This document shows, piece after piece, positions 17,751-26,460 of a DNA stretch of 64,000 nucleotides (positions within the stretch are counted from its first letter, which is position 1; every line of letters starts with the position of its first letter). The notes under the pieces are model-generated. The model made no database searches. It saw only the letters and a list, made by a program, of their open reading frames with translations, and had not been told where the DNA came from. Location: positions 559,972 through 623,971 of the forward strand of contig CAWEHL010000004.1 in NCBI GenBank assembly GCA_963808895.1. The letters run 5' to 3'. The stretch comes from an uncultured Chloroflexia bacterium. Lineage in GTDB: Bacteria > Chloroflexota > Limnocylindria > Limnocylindrales > CSP1-4. The position numbers were made by a program, and so were the translations under genes.

Positions 17751-18312
17751 CGTTCGGAGCCAGACCTAGGTCGTCCCGAACGATCGCGGCCTTGTCGGCG
17801 ACAGCGTCGGACGCGCGGTTCGCTGACGCCTGCAAGGAGATAGCGTCGGCCAGCGTCTTGGCTCGGGCCACTGACTTAGCGGGTCGCTGGTACACGATGT
17901 CGGCCTTGATCAGAGCTCGGATGTCGGCTTGGACCTCTGGCGGCCAAGCCACCTTCTTGAGTCCGTCGATGAACTTGTCGTCCGCCTTCGCGATGATCGC
18001 CCAATACGCCCTATACCCGCGAAGTGACGTACTGCCGCCATACAACTAGTCTGCACGGCGGCCCGCGGCGTTGACAGCCTTCGCGAGCTGGTAGTACGCC
18101 GATGCCGCTTGTTTGATGGTCAGGAACGAGGGTGTGGGCGACGCCGCGGCGCTTGCTGACGGCGCGGGCTGTGACGCGGGCGGACCAGGACTCGCAGGCA
18201 CTGGTGTCACTACGATCACGATCGGAGTCGGAGTCGGAGTCGGAGGCGGTGCGGCTTGAGCTGCCCCGCACCCCGCGACAATGAGCACGGTCGCAACGAG
18301 CAAGAGCCTCAT
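17746..18312 (-). pseudogene. lipoprotein (signal peptide, Pro/Thr-rich linker, globular domain) split by an in-frame TAG at 18046-18048
   Basis: MRLLLVATVLIVAGCG lipobox; PPPTPTPTP linker; ...AYYQLAKAVNAAGRRAD * LYGGSTSLRGYRAYWAIIAKADDKFIDGLKK... continues in the same frame. Confidence 0.45.
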
Positions 18313-18327
18313 CCGCGGTCCCTCCGC

Positions 18328-18561
18328 TCAGCCCTCTACGTCGAAAGTGTCGGGGACGACGTCAAGCCACGCTGCGAGCGCGGCCCGCGGCGCCTCTAGC
18401 GCCGAGCGACGCTCCCGGGCGTCTATCGACAGCCACGGGTAGCCGAGGACGTACCAGCGGCCGTCCTCGGCCTGCATAGCGCGGTACACGGGCCGTTCAC
18501 CACGGGCGATCGTCCGGATGGCGGCCTGACGCGCCACTCGCTGTCTATCGGCCTCGGACAT
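18328..18561 (-). CDS. small conserved hypothetical protein, paralog family S copy 2 (77 aa)
   Basis: MSEADRQRVARQAAIRTIARGERPVYRAMQAEDGRWYVLGYPWLSIDARERRSALEAPRAALAAWLDVVPDTFDVEG; >90% nt identity to copy 1 over ~130 nt. Confidence 0.5.
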   Translation of the reverse strand: MSEADRQRVARQAAIRTIARGERPVYRAMQAEDGRWYVLGYPWLSIDARERRSALEAPRAALAAWLDVVPDTFDVEG

Positions 18562-18744
18562 CGCCGCGTCTCGTCACCCGCCGATTGTGAACGAATGTTC
18601 TAGCCAGGTGTTGCCCTAACGCACCACGCCTGGACTCGTTGTCAGAGGTGCGGGGTCCCCGTCCCGCAAAGACGCCCCGGTGTGCGGTGCCCGTGGGGGG
18701 AACGCATACCGGGGCTTTCGTGTGGACGCCGCGACGACGCCGCA

Positions 18745-18832
18745 GCCGTAGCCCGTCGCCCCCGGCTCCGGTCCGCAGACTCGCGATCCTCGGGTCCCCC
18801 CGCGAGCCAGCCTGGCGCGGCGACCGGGGCTC
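18745..18832. repeat. dispersed repeat family D, copy 4
   Basis: gccgtagcccgtcgcccccggctccggtccgcagactcgcgatcctcgggtcccccc...gccagcctggcgcggcgaccggggctcagacgttg; ~85% identical to 22445-22555. Confidence 0.55.
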
Positions 18833-18857
18833 AGACGTTGATCCCGAAGAGCGTTCG

Positions 18858-19412
18858 TCAGTCTCGCCCGAACGTCCAGCGCGTAGGCTTGTGGTGGCGG
18901 TCGTCCTCGAACATTCCCTGCATCCCCGGGAGGCCGAAGACCGTGGTCGGCTCGAGCCGGTAGATCGCGTAGGGCGCCGGTCCCGCGGTCGGGCCATGGG
19001 GGCCGTACACGTCGCTGCCGCGTGCCTCGAGCGGCCAGCCCTCTCCACCGAACTCCTGGGCCAGCCGTTCGACGGTCGACTCGTCGGTGATCCGCCTCGC
19101 GCGACCCTCAACGATGAGGTCCATTGACGGGAGGGCCAGGTTCCCCGTCCCGATCACGCAACGCTCGTCAGCGGCCAGGTTCCGCCCCTTGCGCGTGCTC
19201 TGTCCCGCCAGAAAGTGGAATGCGCCGTCCATCCAGAAGGCGATGATCGGCATGAGGTGCGGCGCCCCGTCCGGCCGAACCGTCGCAAGCCAGTGGTTCT
19301 GTCCCGGCGCCGGATGCTCCAGCCGGTCCAGCGCGACGTCCCACGGCGTCGTCTCCGTCTGGCCGTCGACCATGGGCCTCTCGGATTTGGGGGCGCGAGA
19401 CTCGGCGGTCAT
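18858..19412 (-). CDS. pyridoxamine 5'-phosphate oxidase (PPOX-class) family protein
   Basis: WLATVRPDGAPHLMPIIAFWMDGAFHFLAGQSTRKGRNLAADERCVIG. Confidence 0.75.
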   Translation of the reverse strand: MTAESRAPKSERPMVDGQTETTPWDVALDRLEHPAPGQNHWLATVRPDGAPHLMPIIAFWMDGAFHFLAGQSTRKGRNLAADERCVIGTGNLALPSMDLIVEGRARRITDESTVERLAQEFGGEGWPLEARGSDVYGPHGPTAGPAPYAIYRLEPTTVFGLPGMQGMFEDDRHHKPTRWTFGRD

Positions 19413-19707
19413 CGGGTCGGTCCTCCTCTTCGGTGGCAGTCAGGTTGCTGGTGCCCTCGCTCTCGTCCATGCTCGAACGGGCATTGGGCCGCGACCCTTC
19501 GCGCATATTTGCGCGCGACCTTCACACGTGCGCTGCTAATGGGAGACGAGCGGCATGTTCCGGTCCGGCCAGGGATGTTCCTCGTGGCATTGTCGCTTGG
19601 TTCGTGCTCAACGCCCCCGACTAGACGCCGTCGGACTTACAGGAGACGGCAGCGCGATACGCTCGTCTGACGATCGCGGCGGAGGAGTGATCGACAGGAG
19701 CCAGACA

Positions 19708-20394
19708 GTGGCACGAGTGGTCTCGATCTGTGCGTGGCTGGCGGCGATCTTGCCCCTGGTCGCGTTGGTCGCCTTCGCGGCGGCCTACGACTTCGATGTC
19801 GGTCGACTCGCGGACCTGCCGTCGGTGGTCGGCACCGATCGCGGTTTCGTCATCCGGATCGCGGGCCTGCTCGACATGACCGCGTACCTGGTGACCATTC
19901 CCGTCGTGCTGTATCTCCATCGACGGTTCGAAGGCGCCGGGTCGGACGTCCTCGGGCTGGCGACCTTCTGTGGTCTGGCGTATGCCGTGCTCGGCAGTCT
20001 CGGCGGAGCGACGTTCGCGACGGTCGCCCCGCCACTCATCGACGACGGGTCCGAGGCCGCCCGTGTCACGTTCGCGGCCACCACGACGTTCGTGACCGTC
20101 ACCATCTGGTCCACGCTCGAGTCGATCTTCCTCGGCGTCTGGCTGCTGGGCATCAATCGACTTCTACGCCCACAGCTCGTCGGCCTGGGGACGCTCGGGA
20201 TCGTGGCGGGTATCGGGGCGCTGCTCTCCGCGGTCCGGAGCGGCCTGACGGGACAATCGGTTGCAGACCTGGCTGGACCGGTCGATCTCGTGGTGGTCGG
20301 ATTGCTCGGACTCTACGTGCCCTGGTTCGCTTGGCTTGGCGTCGAGCTCTTCCGAGGACGCAGCAGTGTCCACTCACGGATTGTCCATTCCTAG
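19708..20394 (+). CDS. hypothetical polytopic membrane protein (DUF4386-like)
   Basis: six or more hydrophobic helices; GTG start after gacaggag SD; identity of family tentative. Confidence 0.5.
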   Translation: MARVVSICAWLAAILPLVALVAFAAAYDFDVGRLADLPSVVGTDRGFVIRIAGLLDMTAYLVTIPVVLYLHRRFEGAGSDVLGLATFCGLAYAVLGSLGGATFATVAPPLIDDGSEAARVTFAATTTFVTVTIWSTLESIFLGVWLLGINRLLRPQLVGLGTLGIVAGIGALLSAVRSGLTGQSVADLAGPVDLVVVGLLGLYVPWFAWLGVELFRGRSSVHSRIVHS

Positions 20395-20403
20395 CGCGGG
20401 CCA

Positions 20404-20552
20404 AGGACCGGACCCCGACCTACCGCGACCCAGGCTCGAGGTTCGACCAGAACGTTACGGACTTCCGTGCGGAGGAGGAGTTCGGCTTCAACGCGACGCC
20501 GTATGTCGCGACCGGCAAGTTCGTGAAGATCCTCGGGCTCGAGCACGCCTGA
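20404..20552 (+). pseudogene. composite remnant: ligase motif-V piece (AKDRTPTYRDPGS) joined to family X 3' end (RFDQNVTDFRAEEEFGFNATPYVATGKFVKILGLEHA*)
   Basis: aaggaccggaccccgacctaccgcgac matches ligase aaggaccggacgtcgacctaccgcgac; downstream 100 nt ~92% identical to 2706-2809. Confidence 0.45.
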
Positions 20553-20563
20553 GGAGGCCTGGA

Positions 20564-22088
20564 TCAATCCAACCGCGAGCCAGGAGGCTTCGATTGCCGC
20601 TCGTCATAAACGGACGCCCCAGGGGGCAGCCCGGAGCATCCGCCGGAGCTCGTGCGGCGCCGCCTCGCTAGGAGCTGGACCGCGTCTTCGTGCTGCGCCC
20701 TGCTGTCGTAGCCAGTCGTGGGCGGCAGTGTCGTCGTCGAAGTCGCCGCTCCTTCCTGCTCGCGCGTCTTGGCTTCCATCTCACGCTCACGCTCTCGTTC
20801 GGCCCGCTCTGCCTCGCGAGCCTGACGGTCCTGCTCCGCCTGGGCCTTCTTGGCCTCCGCTTCCTCCTGGCGCTGGCGTTCGGTCTCATCGACCTTGGAG
20901 CGGAGATCCTCGAGCACCGGTGCGCTGATGCCCGGTCCCGATGCGGCCTCGAGGGCGGCCTCGCCGCGCTTCTCGGCTCGCATCTCGTCGCGTTCGAAGG
21001 CGACCTCGCCCTTGAAGACGGATGCAAGCAGGCTATCGAGCGCGCCCGCGTCGTGGGCCCGCTGGACCGCCGCATGGGTGATCAGATCACCGAGGTCGAG
21101 GATGACGCGATCCTCGAGGTCCAGCATCACCTTCGTGACGGGCCGGCCGACAGCATCCTCGATCTCGTCCAGCCGGCGCTTGGTCTGCTCGTGGTCGACG
21201 CGCTGACCAGCCGCGTCGGTCATCTCGCCGACCTTGCGCGTGAACTTATCCCACAGGCTCGCGGCATTGTCGCCGGCCGCGCCGAGCGCATCCTTGGCGT
21301 TGGCTGCGGCCAGGCTTGCCTCGCCCACGCCGACTGCCGTCGTCAGGTCCGCCAACTTGTCGGCTGCTCGGGCACGTTCGATGTCGTCGTTCGTGACCCG
21401 CCGTCCGGCCGGGACCACGACCGCGCCGTCGTCATCCTCGACGTCGCGGCCGGTGCGCTTACCGAGGAGGGCATCCTCGGGCCTGGCACCTTCCGTTGCG
21501 GACTTCGCGCCGGCGGCGGCCTCACCCGCCGCGGTCTTGGCCTTGTCGCCGACATCGGCGAGGGCACCGCTGATACCGCCCCGCTGCTGCTCGAGCAACG
21601 CGGCGGTCTCGGGATGGACGTAGGCGACATCCTTGCCGACCCGCACGAGCTCCTCGATGGGAACGTATCGCGTCCCGTGCGCCGCATCGGTGAACATCCC
21701 GCCGGATAACTCCAAGCCGAGGATTCGACCTGTCGCATCATCGAAGTAGACGTCGTTGATCTTGCCCTGGTCGTCGCCGGTCTCGGTGAACACCCGTGTC
21801 CCGAGCAGCGACTGGTCGCGCGCGACGATCGACTCGATCTCGGGAGCCTCCTTCGCGGCTATCACACTCTCGCGCCGCGCGACGACCACCGCGTCGCGGC
21901 CGAAGCTGACGACTTCCGCGAAGGGCACGACGAGCGAACTCGCGAGGAACCCTCCCTCGTCCGCAAGCAGTCCGACGACGGTGTCGTTGCCGCTCCCCAG
22001 GATGACGTCCCTGCACCTCGTGCACACGCTCCCCGTCCGCCAAGCTCAGGAGAGGCTTGCCGACCACGCTCTTGCCCTTGCGCATCAC
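20564..22088 (-). CDS. PRC-barrel domain protein with long charged/coiled-coil C-terminal region; apparent +1 frameshift near 22015
   Basis: MRKGKSVVGKPLLSLADGERVHEVQ then an extra g (caggGacgtc) shifts into DVILGSGNDTVVGLLADEGGFLASSLVVPFAEVVSFGRDAVVV; second PRC barrel GKINDVYFDDATGRILGLELSG. Confidence 0.65.
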
Positions 22089-22444
22089 AAGCCTCCTAAA
22101 GGATCGGCGTGAAGAAGTAGAGGAAGGCCACGACCGCGAGGATGACTAGCACCACCAGCACGAGTGCGGTCAAGCGTCCACGGCTCGACGTCCCTTGGAG
22201 CCTCATGCCGACGAGCCCTCCGACGCGATCTCGCCACCTACCGGGGGCGATCGCGATACGAGAATGTGATCCGTCCACCCTGCCCTTCGATCGTGCCGAC
22301 TCCGTTGGTGTTGAGCAAGGGCGTTCACCTTTGCTGGTGGGGGGCTGGCCCGCCGGTCTCAGACGTTGCCGGACCACGCCTTCGTCCGGTCCCATGAAGA
22401 CTGGTGTGCGGCGCTCTTGGGCGACGTACGCGTCACGCAACGAG

Positions 22445-22555
22445 CGAGCCGTAGCCTGTCACCACCCCGGCTCCGGTCCGCAGACTCGCGATCCCCAGGT
22501 CCCCCCTTGGGCCAGCCTGTCGCGGCCGACCGGCGCTCATAGCGCCAACGTCAAT
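22445..22555. repeat. dispersed repeat family D, copy 5
   Basis: gagccgtagcctgtcaccaccccggctccggtccgcagactcgcgatccccaggtcccccc...gccagcctgtcgcggccgaccggcgctcatag. Confidence 0.55.
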
Positions 22556-22598
22556 GCCAGTCGGCTGGGTAATCGGACCGGGCTAGACTCGGTTGTTA

Positions 22599-22834
22599 TG
22601 ACAGCAGGCAATCAAGGGTCGGGTCGCCTCCGGGCTAGGTGCGACGTATGCGACGAGGAGTTCATCCTCGGGGACGACGTGATTGCGACCGTCGCGCGCG
22701 ACCGGGACTATCGGATACGAGCGATCGAGGTGTTCCTCTATCACGCGGACCACTGGAAACCCGAGAAGCACCGGGGCGAGGTCAAGATCATTCAAGGCGG
22801 TTTCACCGAGCCCGGTCCCGCAGAAGAAGACTAG
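22599..22834 (+). CDS. small hypothetical protein (78 aa)
   Basis: MTAGNQGSGRLRARCDVCDEEFILGDDVIATVARDRDYRIRAIEVFLYHADHWKPEKHRGEVKIIQGG; lower-GC upstream region; followed by a lower-GC spacer. Confidence 0.35.
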
Positions 22835-22920
22835 AGCGTATTCCGGACAGCCGATAACAGGCTAGCGGACGGTGGGGATGCCGCGAATGTATAAGCGGCT
22901 AGTACGGCGGTAGGGCGCTC

Positions 22921-22963
22921 GCTCATGTCAAGCAAGTGCTCTAACCAGCTGAGCTAGCCGCCC
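22921..22963 (-). pseudogene. degenerate 5' half of a tRNA-Val(GAC)-like gene (pseudo-tRNA; acceptor stem, D-arm, anticodon loop only)
   Basis: minus strand reads GGGCGGC-TA-GCTCAGCTGGTTAGAGC-A-CTTGC-TTGACAT-GAGCG; canonical acceptor and D-arm; anticodon loop TTGACAT (GAC); anticodon stem mispaired; no T-arm follows; lower-GC flank. Confidence 0.45.
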
Positions 22964-23162
22964 GAGTCGCCGGTCTCCCGGCCGTCGTGACTGCCCGATC
23001 GGTGGCTCACGGGTGTTCCACGTCCGTGCCGGTCGGATAGCCCCAGCGGTCGAGTCGCCAGCGGCCCGGAGATGCTACCAGAGGGTGCGTGCGAGCGACA
23101 ACGACGCGAGGACCCCTCGGCGTCCGCTCGCGCAAGCGCGTCGCGTTCGGCCTTTGGCCGAT

Positions 23163-23345
23163 TCAGTAGCCGTACTTGCTGCCGCTCGGCGCCGCATCGG
23201 ACGCCGCCGGTGCCGCCTCGGATGCCGCCGGTGCGGCGCTCGCGCCAGTGCTCGTACCACCGCCGGACCCGGCACTCGGCGACGTGCACGCAGCGAGCGC
23301 CGCCGCGAGGACCAGAAGCAACGCGATCATCGATCGTCGGACCAC
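23163..23345 (-). CDS. small secreted lipoprotein (~55 aa)
   Basis: gaaggagg SD; MIALLLVLAAALAACTSPS lipobox; Ala/Ser/Gly-rich mature part. Confidence 0.5.
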   Translation of the reverse strand: MVRRSMIALLLVLAAALAACTSPSAGSGGGTSTGASAAPAASEAAPAASDAAPSGSKYGY

Positions 23346-23394
23346 ACGAACCTCCTTCTCACTCCCTGCATTCCCATTCGGCGTCGCCGGGCGG

Positions 23395-24231
23395 GTGGTT
23401 TCCCGTGATGATGCGCTCGTGGAGGACTACGAGCTCATCGATGCCGGCGACGGCCGTCGGCTGGAACGGTTCGGCCGGTATGTCCTCGACCGACCATACG
23501 CGGGCGCCGACAGTCCTCGGCGCACGCGGGAACGGTGGGATGACGCGGATCTGCGGTTCGAGCGGGACGCCGGCTGGAGCGGTCCGGCAGCGGAGGCGGC
23601 GAGCGAGGGATGGACGGTCGACATCGGCGATCTCCGGTTCGAGCTCCGACCGACGGCCGCCGGACAGGTCGGGCTGTTCCCCGAGCACGCCGTGCTGCTG
23701 CCATGGCTCCGCGAACGCGTGGCCACGACCGGTGCCGCGCCCGCCGTGCTCAACCTCTTCGCCTATACCGGCTTGATCAGCCTCGCCCTGGCGAAGGCCG
23801 GGGCGTCGGTCGTGCACGTCGACGCGGCGAAACCCTCGGTCGACTGGGCCCGCCGCAACGCTGCGCTGGATGCGCTCGACGATCGCCCGATCCGCTGGCT
23901 CGTCGATGACGCGCGTGCCTTCGTCGCGCGCGAGCGCCGTCGCGAGCGCCGCTACGACGGCGTCGTCCTGGACCCACCGACGTATGGGCACGGCGCGTCG
24001 GGCAAGACGTGGAGGCTGGAGCGCGACCTCCCTCCCCTGCTTGACGACATCCAGCGCATCCTGGCCCAGGGCGGCTTTCTGCTCCTGACCGCGCACAGCG
24101 AAGCGCTGGATCCGTTCACGCTGGGCGGCTTCCTCGGCCGCGACGTCGAGATCGGCGAGCTCGTCATCAGCGCGACGTCCGGCGCACTGCTTCACCTTGG
24201 GGCCTTCGCCCGGATCGCGGCCGCATCATGA
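23395..24231 (+). CDS. class I SAM-dependent methyltransferase (RlmI/RlmK-like RNA methyltransferase catalytic half)
   Basis: VLNLFAYTGLISLALAKAGASVVHVDAAKPSVDWARRNAA...YDGVVLDPPTYG; GTG start at 23395. Confidence 0.65.
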   Translation: MVSRDDALVEDYELIDAGDGRRLERFGRYVLDRPYAGADSPRRTRERWDDADLRFERDAGWSGPAAEAASEGWTVDIGDLRFELRPTAAGQVGLFPEHAVLLPWLRERVATTGAAPAVLNLFAYTGLISLALAKAGASVVHVDAAKPSVDWARRNAALDALDDRPIRWLVDDARAFVARERRRERRYDGVVLDPPTYGHGASGKTWRLERDLPPLLDDIQRILAQGGFLLLTAHSEALDPFTLGGFLGRDVEIGELVISATSGALLHLGAFARIAAAS

Positions 24232-25058
24232 CGCCGATGCCAAGTCCGGAGATCGCCAGCCCGTCGAACCCGCGCATCAAGGCGGCCGCTCGCCTCCGGG
24301 ATCGACGTCGGCGCGCTGAGACGGGCCTCACCCTGGTCGACGGAGCACGCGAGCTCCGTCGCGCACTGGACGCCGGCGCCGACGTCGTCGAGGCGTTCGT
24401 CTGCGAACCGCGGCTCGCCGGCGAGGATGCGCGCGCCGTACTCGATGCTCTGGCGGCGCACGCGATCCAGACGACGTCCGCGAGCGAGGCCGCGTTCGGG
24501 AAGATCGCGTTCGGTGACCGTGCCGAAGGTCTGGTCGCGGTCGTCCGGATCCCGTCGATGCGACTCGATGACCTCGCGATGCCCAACGAGCCGTTGATCG
24601 TCGTCGTCGAAGGCGTCGAGAAGCCCGGGAACCTCGGGGCCGTGCTGCGCAGTGCCGACGGAGCCGGGGTCGACGCGCTGATCGCCGCCTCGCCGAAGAC
24701 CGACCTCATGAACCCGAATGCGATCCGTGCGAGCGCCGGCACCATCTTCAGCGTCCCGCTCGCATCGGCCCCGACGGAGGAGGTCCTCGACTGGCTACGG
24801 CGACGCTCGATCCGCATCGTCGCCGCGCTCGTCGACGCGGAGCCGCTCTACACCGACGCCGACCTGACGGGCCCGCTGGCCATCGCGTTCGGGAGCGAGG
24901 CCGCCGGCCTGACCGACGCGTGGCGAACGCCCGAGATCCGTGGCCTGCGTCTGCCGATGCTCGGGATCGCCGACAGCCTCAATGTGTCGGTCTCCGCGGC
25001 GGTGGTGCTGTACGAGGCGAGACGGCAACGCGACCGTCAGCTCCGCACGGCAGACTGA
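24228..25058 (+). CDS. TrmH/SpoU family RNA 2'-O-methyltransferase
   Basis: VEGVEKPGNLGAVLRSADGAGVDALI, AGTIFSVPLA, IADSLNVSVSAAVVLYEARRQR; start overlaps upstream stop. Confidence 0.85.
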   Translation: MTPMPSPEIASPSNPRIKAAARLRDRRRRAETGLTLVDGARELRRALDAGADVVEAFVCEPRLAGEDARAVLDALAAHAIQTTSASEAAFGKIAFGDRAEGLVAVVRIPSMRLDDLAMPNEPLIVVVEGVEKPGNLGAVLRSADGAGVDALIAASPKTDLMNPNAIRASAGTIFSVPLASAPTEEVLDWLRRRSIRIVAALVDAEPLYTDADLTGPLAIAFGSEAAGLTDAWRTPEIRGLRLPMLGIADSLNVSVSAAVVLYEARRQRDRQLRTAD

Positions 25059-25062
25059 CGCG

Positions 25063-26460
25063 ATGGACTCGACCTTCGACCTGATCGTGATCGGTGCCGG
25101 ACCCGGCGGCGAAGCCGCCACGCACAAGGCCCGGTCGCTCGGTGCCGCGGTCGCCGTCGTCGACCGCAAGTGGTTCGGCGGGAGCTGTCCGCACATCGGC
25201 TGTCTGCCGTCGAAGGCGCTGCTTCATTCGGCCGCGGAGCACCACGCCAACCCGGCGCATTACGAGTGGCCGCGGGCGTCGAAGCACCGCGACTTCATGA
25301 TCAACCGGCCCGCCGACGCGGCGGAGCCCGACGATTCGAGCCACGTCCGCTCCCTCGAGAAGTCCGGCGCCGTGGCCTACCGGGGTGATGCCCGGATCAT
25401 CGGCAAGGGTCGCGTAGCTGTGACGCACGATGGCGCCCGGCACGAGCTCTCGGGAGCGAACGTCATCGTCGCCGTCGGATCGGTATCGCGGCCGATCCGC
25501 ATCCCGGGCATCGAGGGGATCGATGTCTGGACCAACGAGCAGGCGACGCTGGCCCGGGAGCCGCCGCGCAGCCTGCTGATCCTCGGCGGCGGCCCGACCG
25601 GCTGCGAGCTAGCACAGGTCTACGCGCGGTTCGGGGTGCCGGTGACGATCGTCCAGTCGGGCCCGCGCCTCGCCCCGACGGATCATCCGCGCAACTCCGA
25701 GGTCGTTCGCGCGACGCTCGAGAAGGATGGCGTCGCGGTGCGCACCGGCGTCCGCGCCGTCGGAGCGCGGGCGGGTGGCGGTGAGGACGGCGCGCACTGC
25801 ATCGACCTGGACGACGGCTCGACGGCGACCGGTCACGTGATCCTCGCCGCGATCGGCCGTGAGATCCCGCTCGACGACCTGGGCCTCGAGCATTACGGCC
25901 TCGACACGAGCGGCCGGACACCGCCCTACCCGCGCGACGGGCGGCTGCGCATCGCGGATGGACTGTATGCCGTGGGTGATGCCGCGGGTCCGGAGCTGCA
26001 TACGCACCAGGGCCATTACCAGGGCGAGCTCGCCGCACGGATGATCAACGGCGAGTCCGTGACGCCCGACTATCGAGCGCTGCCGCGCGCCACCTACACC
26101 GACCCCGAGGCGGCGTTCGTCGGCGTGTCGCTCGATGGCGCCAAGGAGGCCGGCATCGACGCGTTCGAGAAGGTCGCCGAGTTCTCGAAGAGCAGCCGCG
26201 GCTACGCGATCGAGGCCGACCTCGGCCACATCACGATCGTCGTCGACCGGGCGACACGACAGCTCGTCGGAGCTGCCGTCGCTTGCGTAGACGCGTCCGC
26301 GGCGATCCACGAATGCGTCCTTGCGATCCAGGCGCGGGTGCCGATGGACGTGCTCACGAACACGATCCACGCGTTCCCATCGACGTCGCGCATCTTCAAC
26401 GGGTTGTTCGCCGAAGCGTTGGCCGAGCTGGACGGGACGAGCGCGATCCCCGCAGGCTAG
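25063..26460 (+). CDS. FAD-dependent pyridine nucleotide-disulfide oxidoreductase (dihydrolipoyl dehydrogenase / mycothione reductase-like flavoprotein disulfide reductase)
   Basis: FDLIVIGAGPGGEAAT (FAD), GGSCPHIGCLPSK redox-active disulfide, second Rossmann LLILGGGPTGCELA, C-terminal dimerisation domain. Confidence 0.85.
   Translation: MDSTFDLIVIGAGPGGEAATHKARSLGAAVAVVDRKWFGGSCPHIGCLPSKALLHSAAEHHANPAHYEWPRASKHRDFMINRPADAAEPDDSSHVRSLEKSGAVAYRGDARIIGKGRVAVTHDGARHELSGANVIVAVGSVSRPIRIPGIEGIDVWTNEQATLAREPPRSLLILGGGPTGCELAQVYARFGVPVTIVQSGPRLAPTDHPRNSEVVRATLEKDGVAVRTGVRAVGARAGGGEDGAHCIDLDDGSTATGHVILAAIGREIPLDDLGLEHYGLDTSGRTPPYPRDGRLRIADGLYAVGDAAGPELHTHQGHYQGELAARMINGESVTPDYRALPRATYTDPEAAFVGVSLDGAKEAGIDAFEKVAEFSKSSRGYAIEADLGHITIVVDRATRQLVGAAVACVDASAAIHECVLAIQARVPMDVLTNTIHAFPSTSRIFNGLFAEALAELDGTSAIPAG

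Noticed and set aside
20690-21709. 339-aa plus-strand ORF
   Set aside because: Antisense to the PRC-barrel gene's charged-repeat region.
22096-22440. 114-aa minus-strand ORF ending in a hydrophobic tail
   Set aside because: Only the last ~25 codons look protein-like; the rest is Arg/Gly/Pro-rich; insufficient support.
22921-22963. Possible complete tRNA gene
   Set aside because: Only acceptor stem, D-arm and anticodon loop are tRNA-like; no T-arm (GGTTCGA.TCC) or 3' acceptor strand follows, so it is called a pseudo-tRNA fragment.
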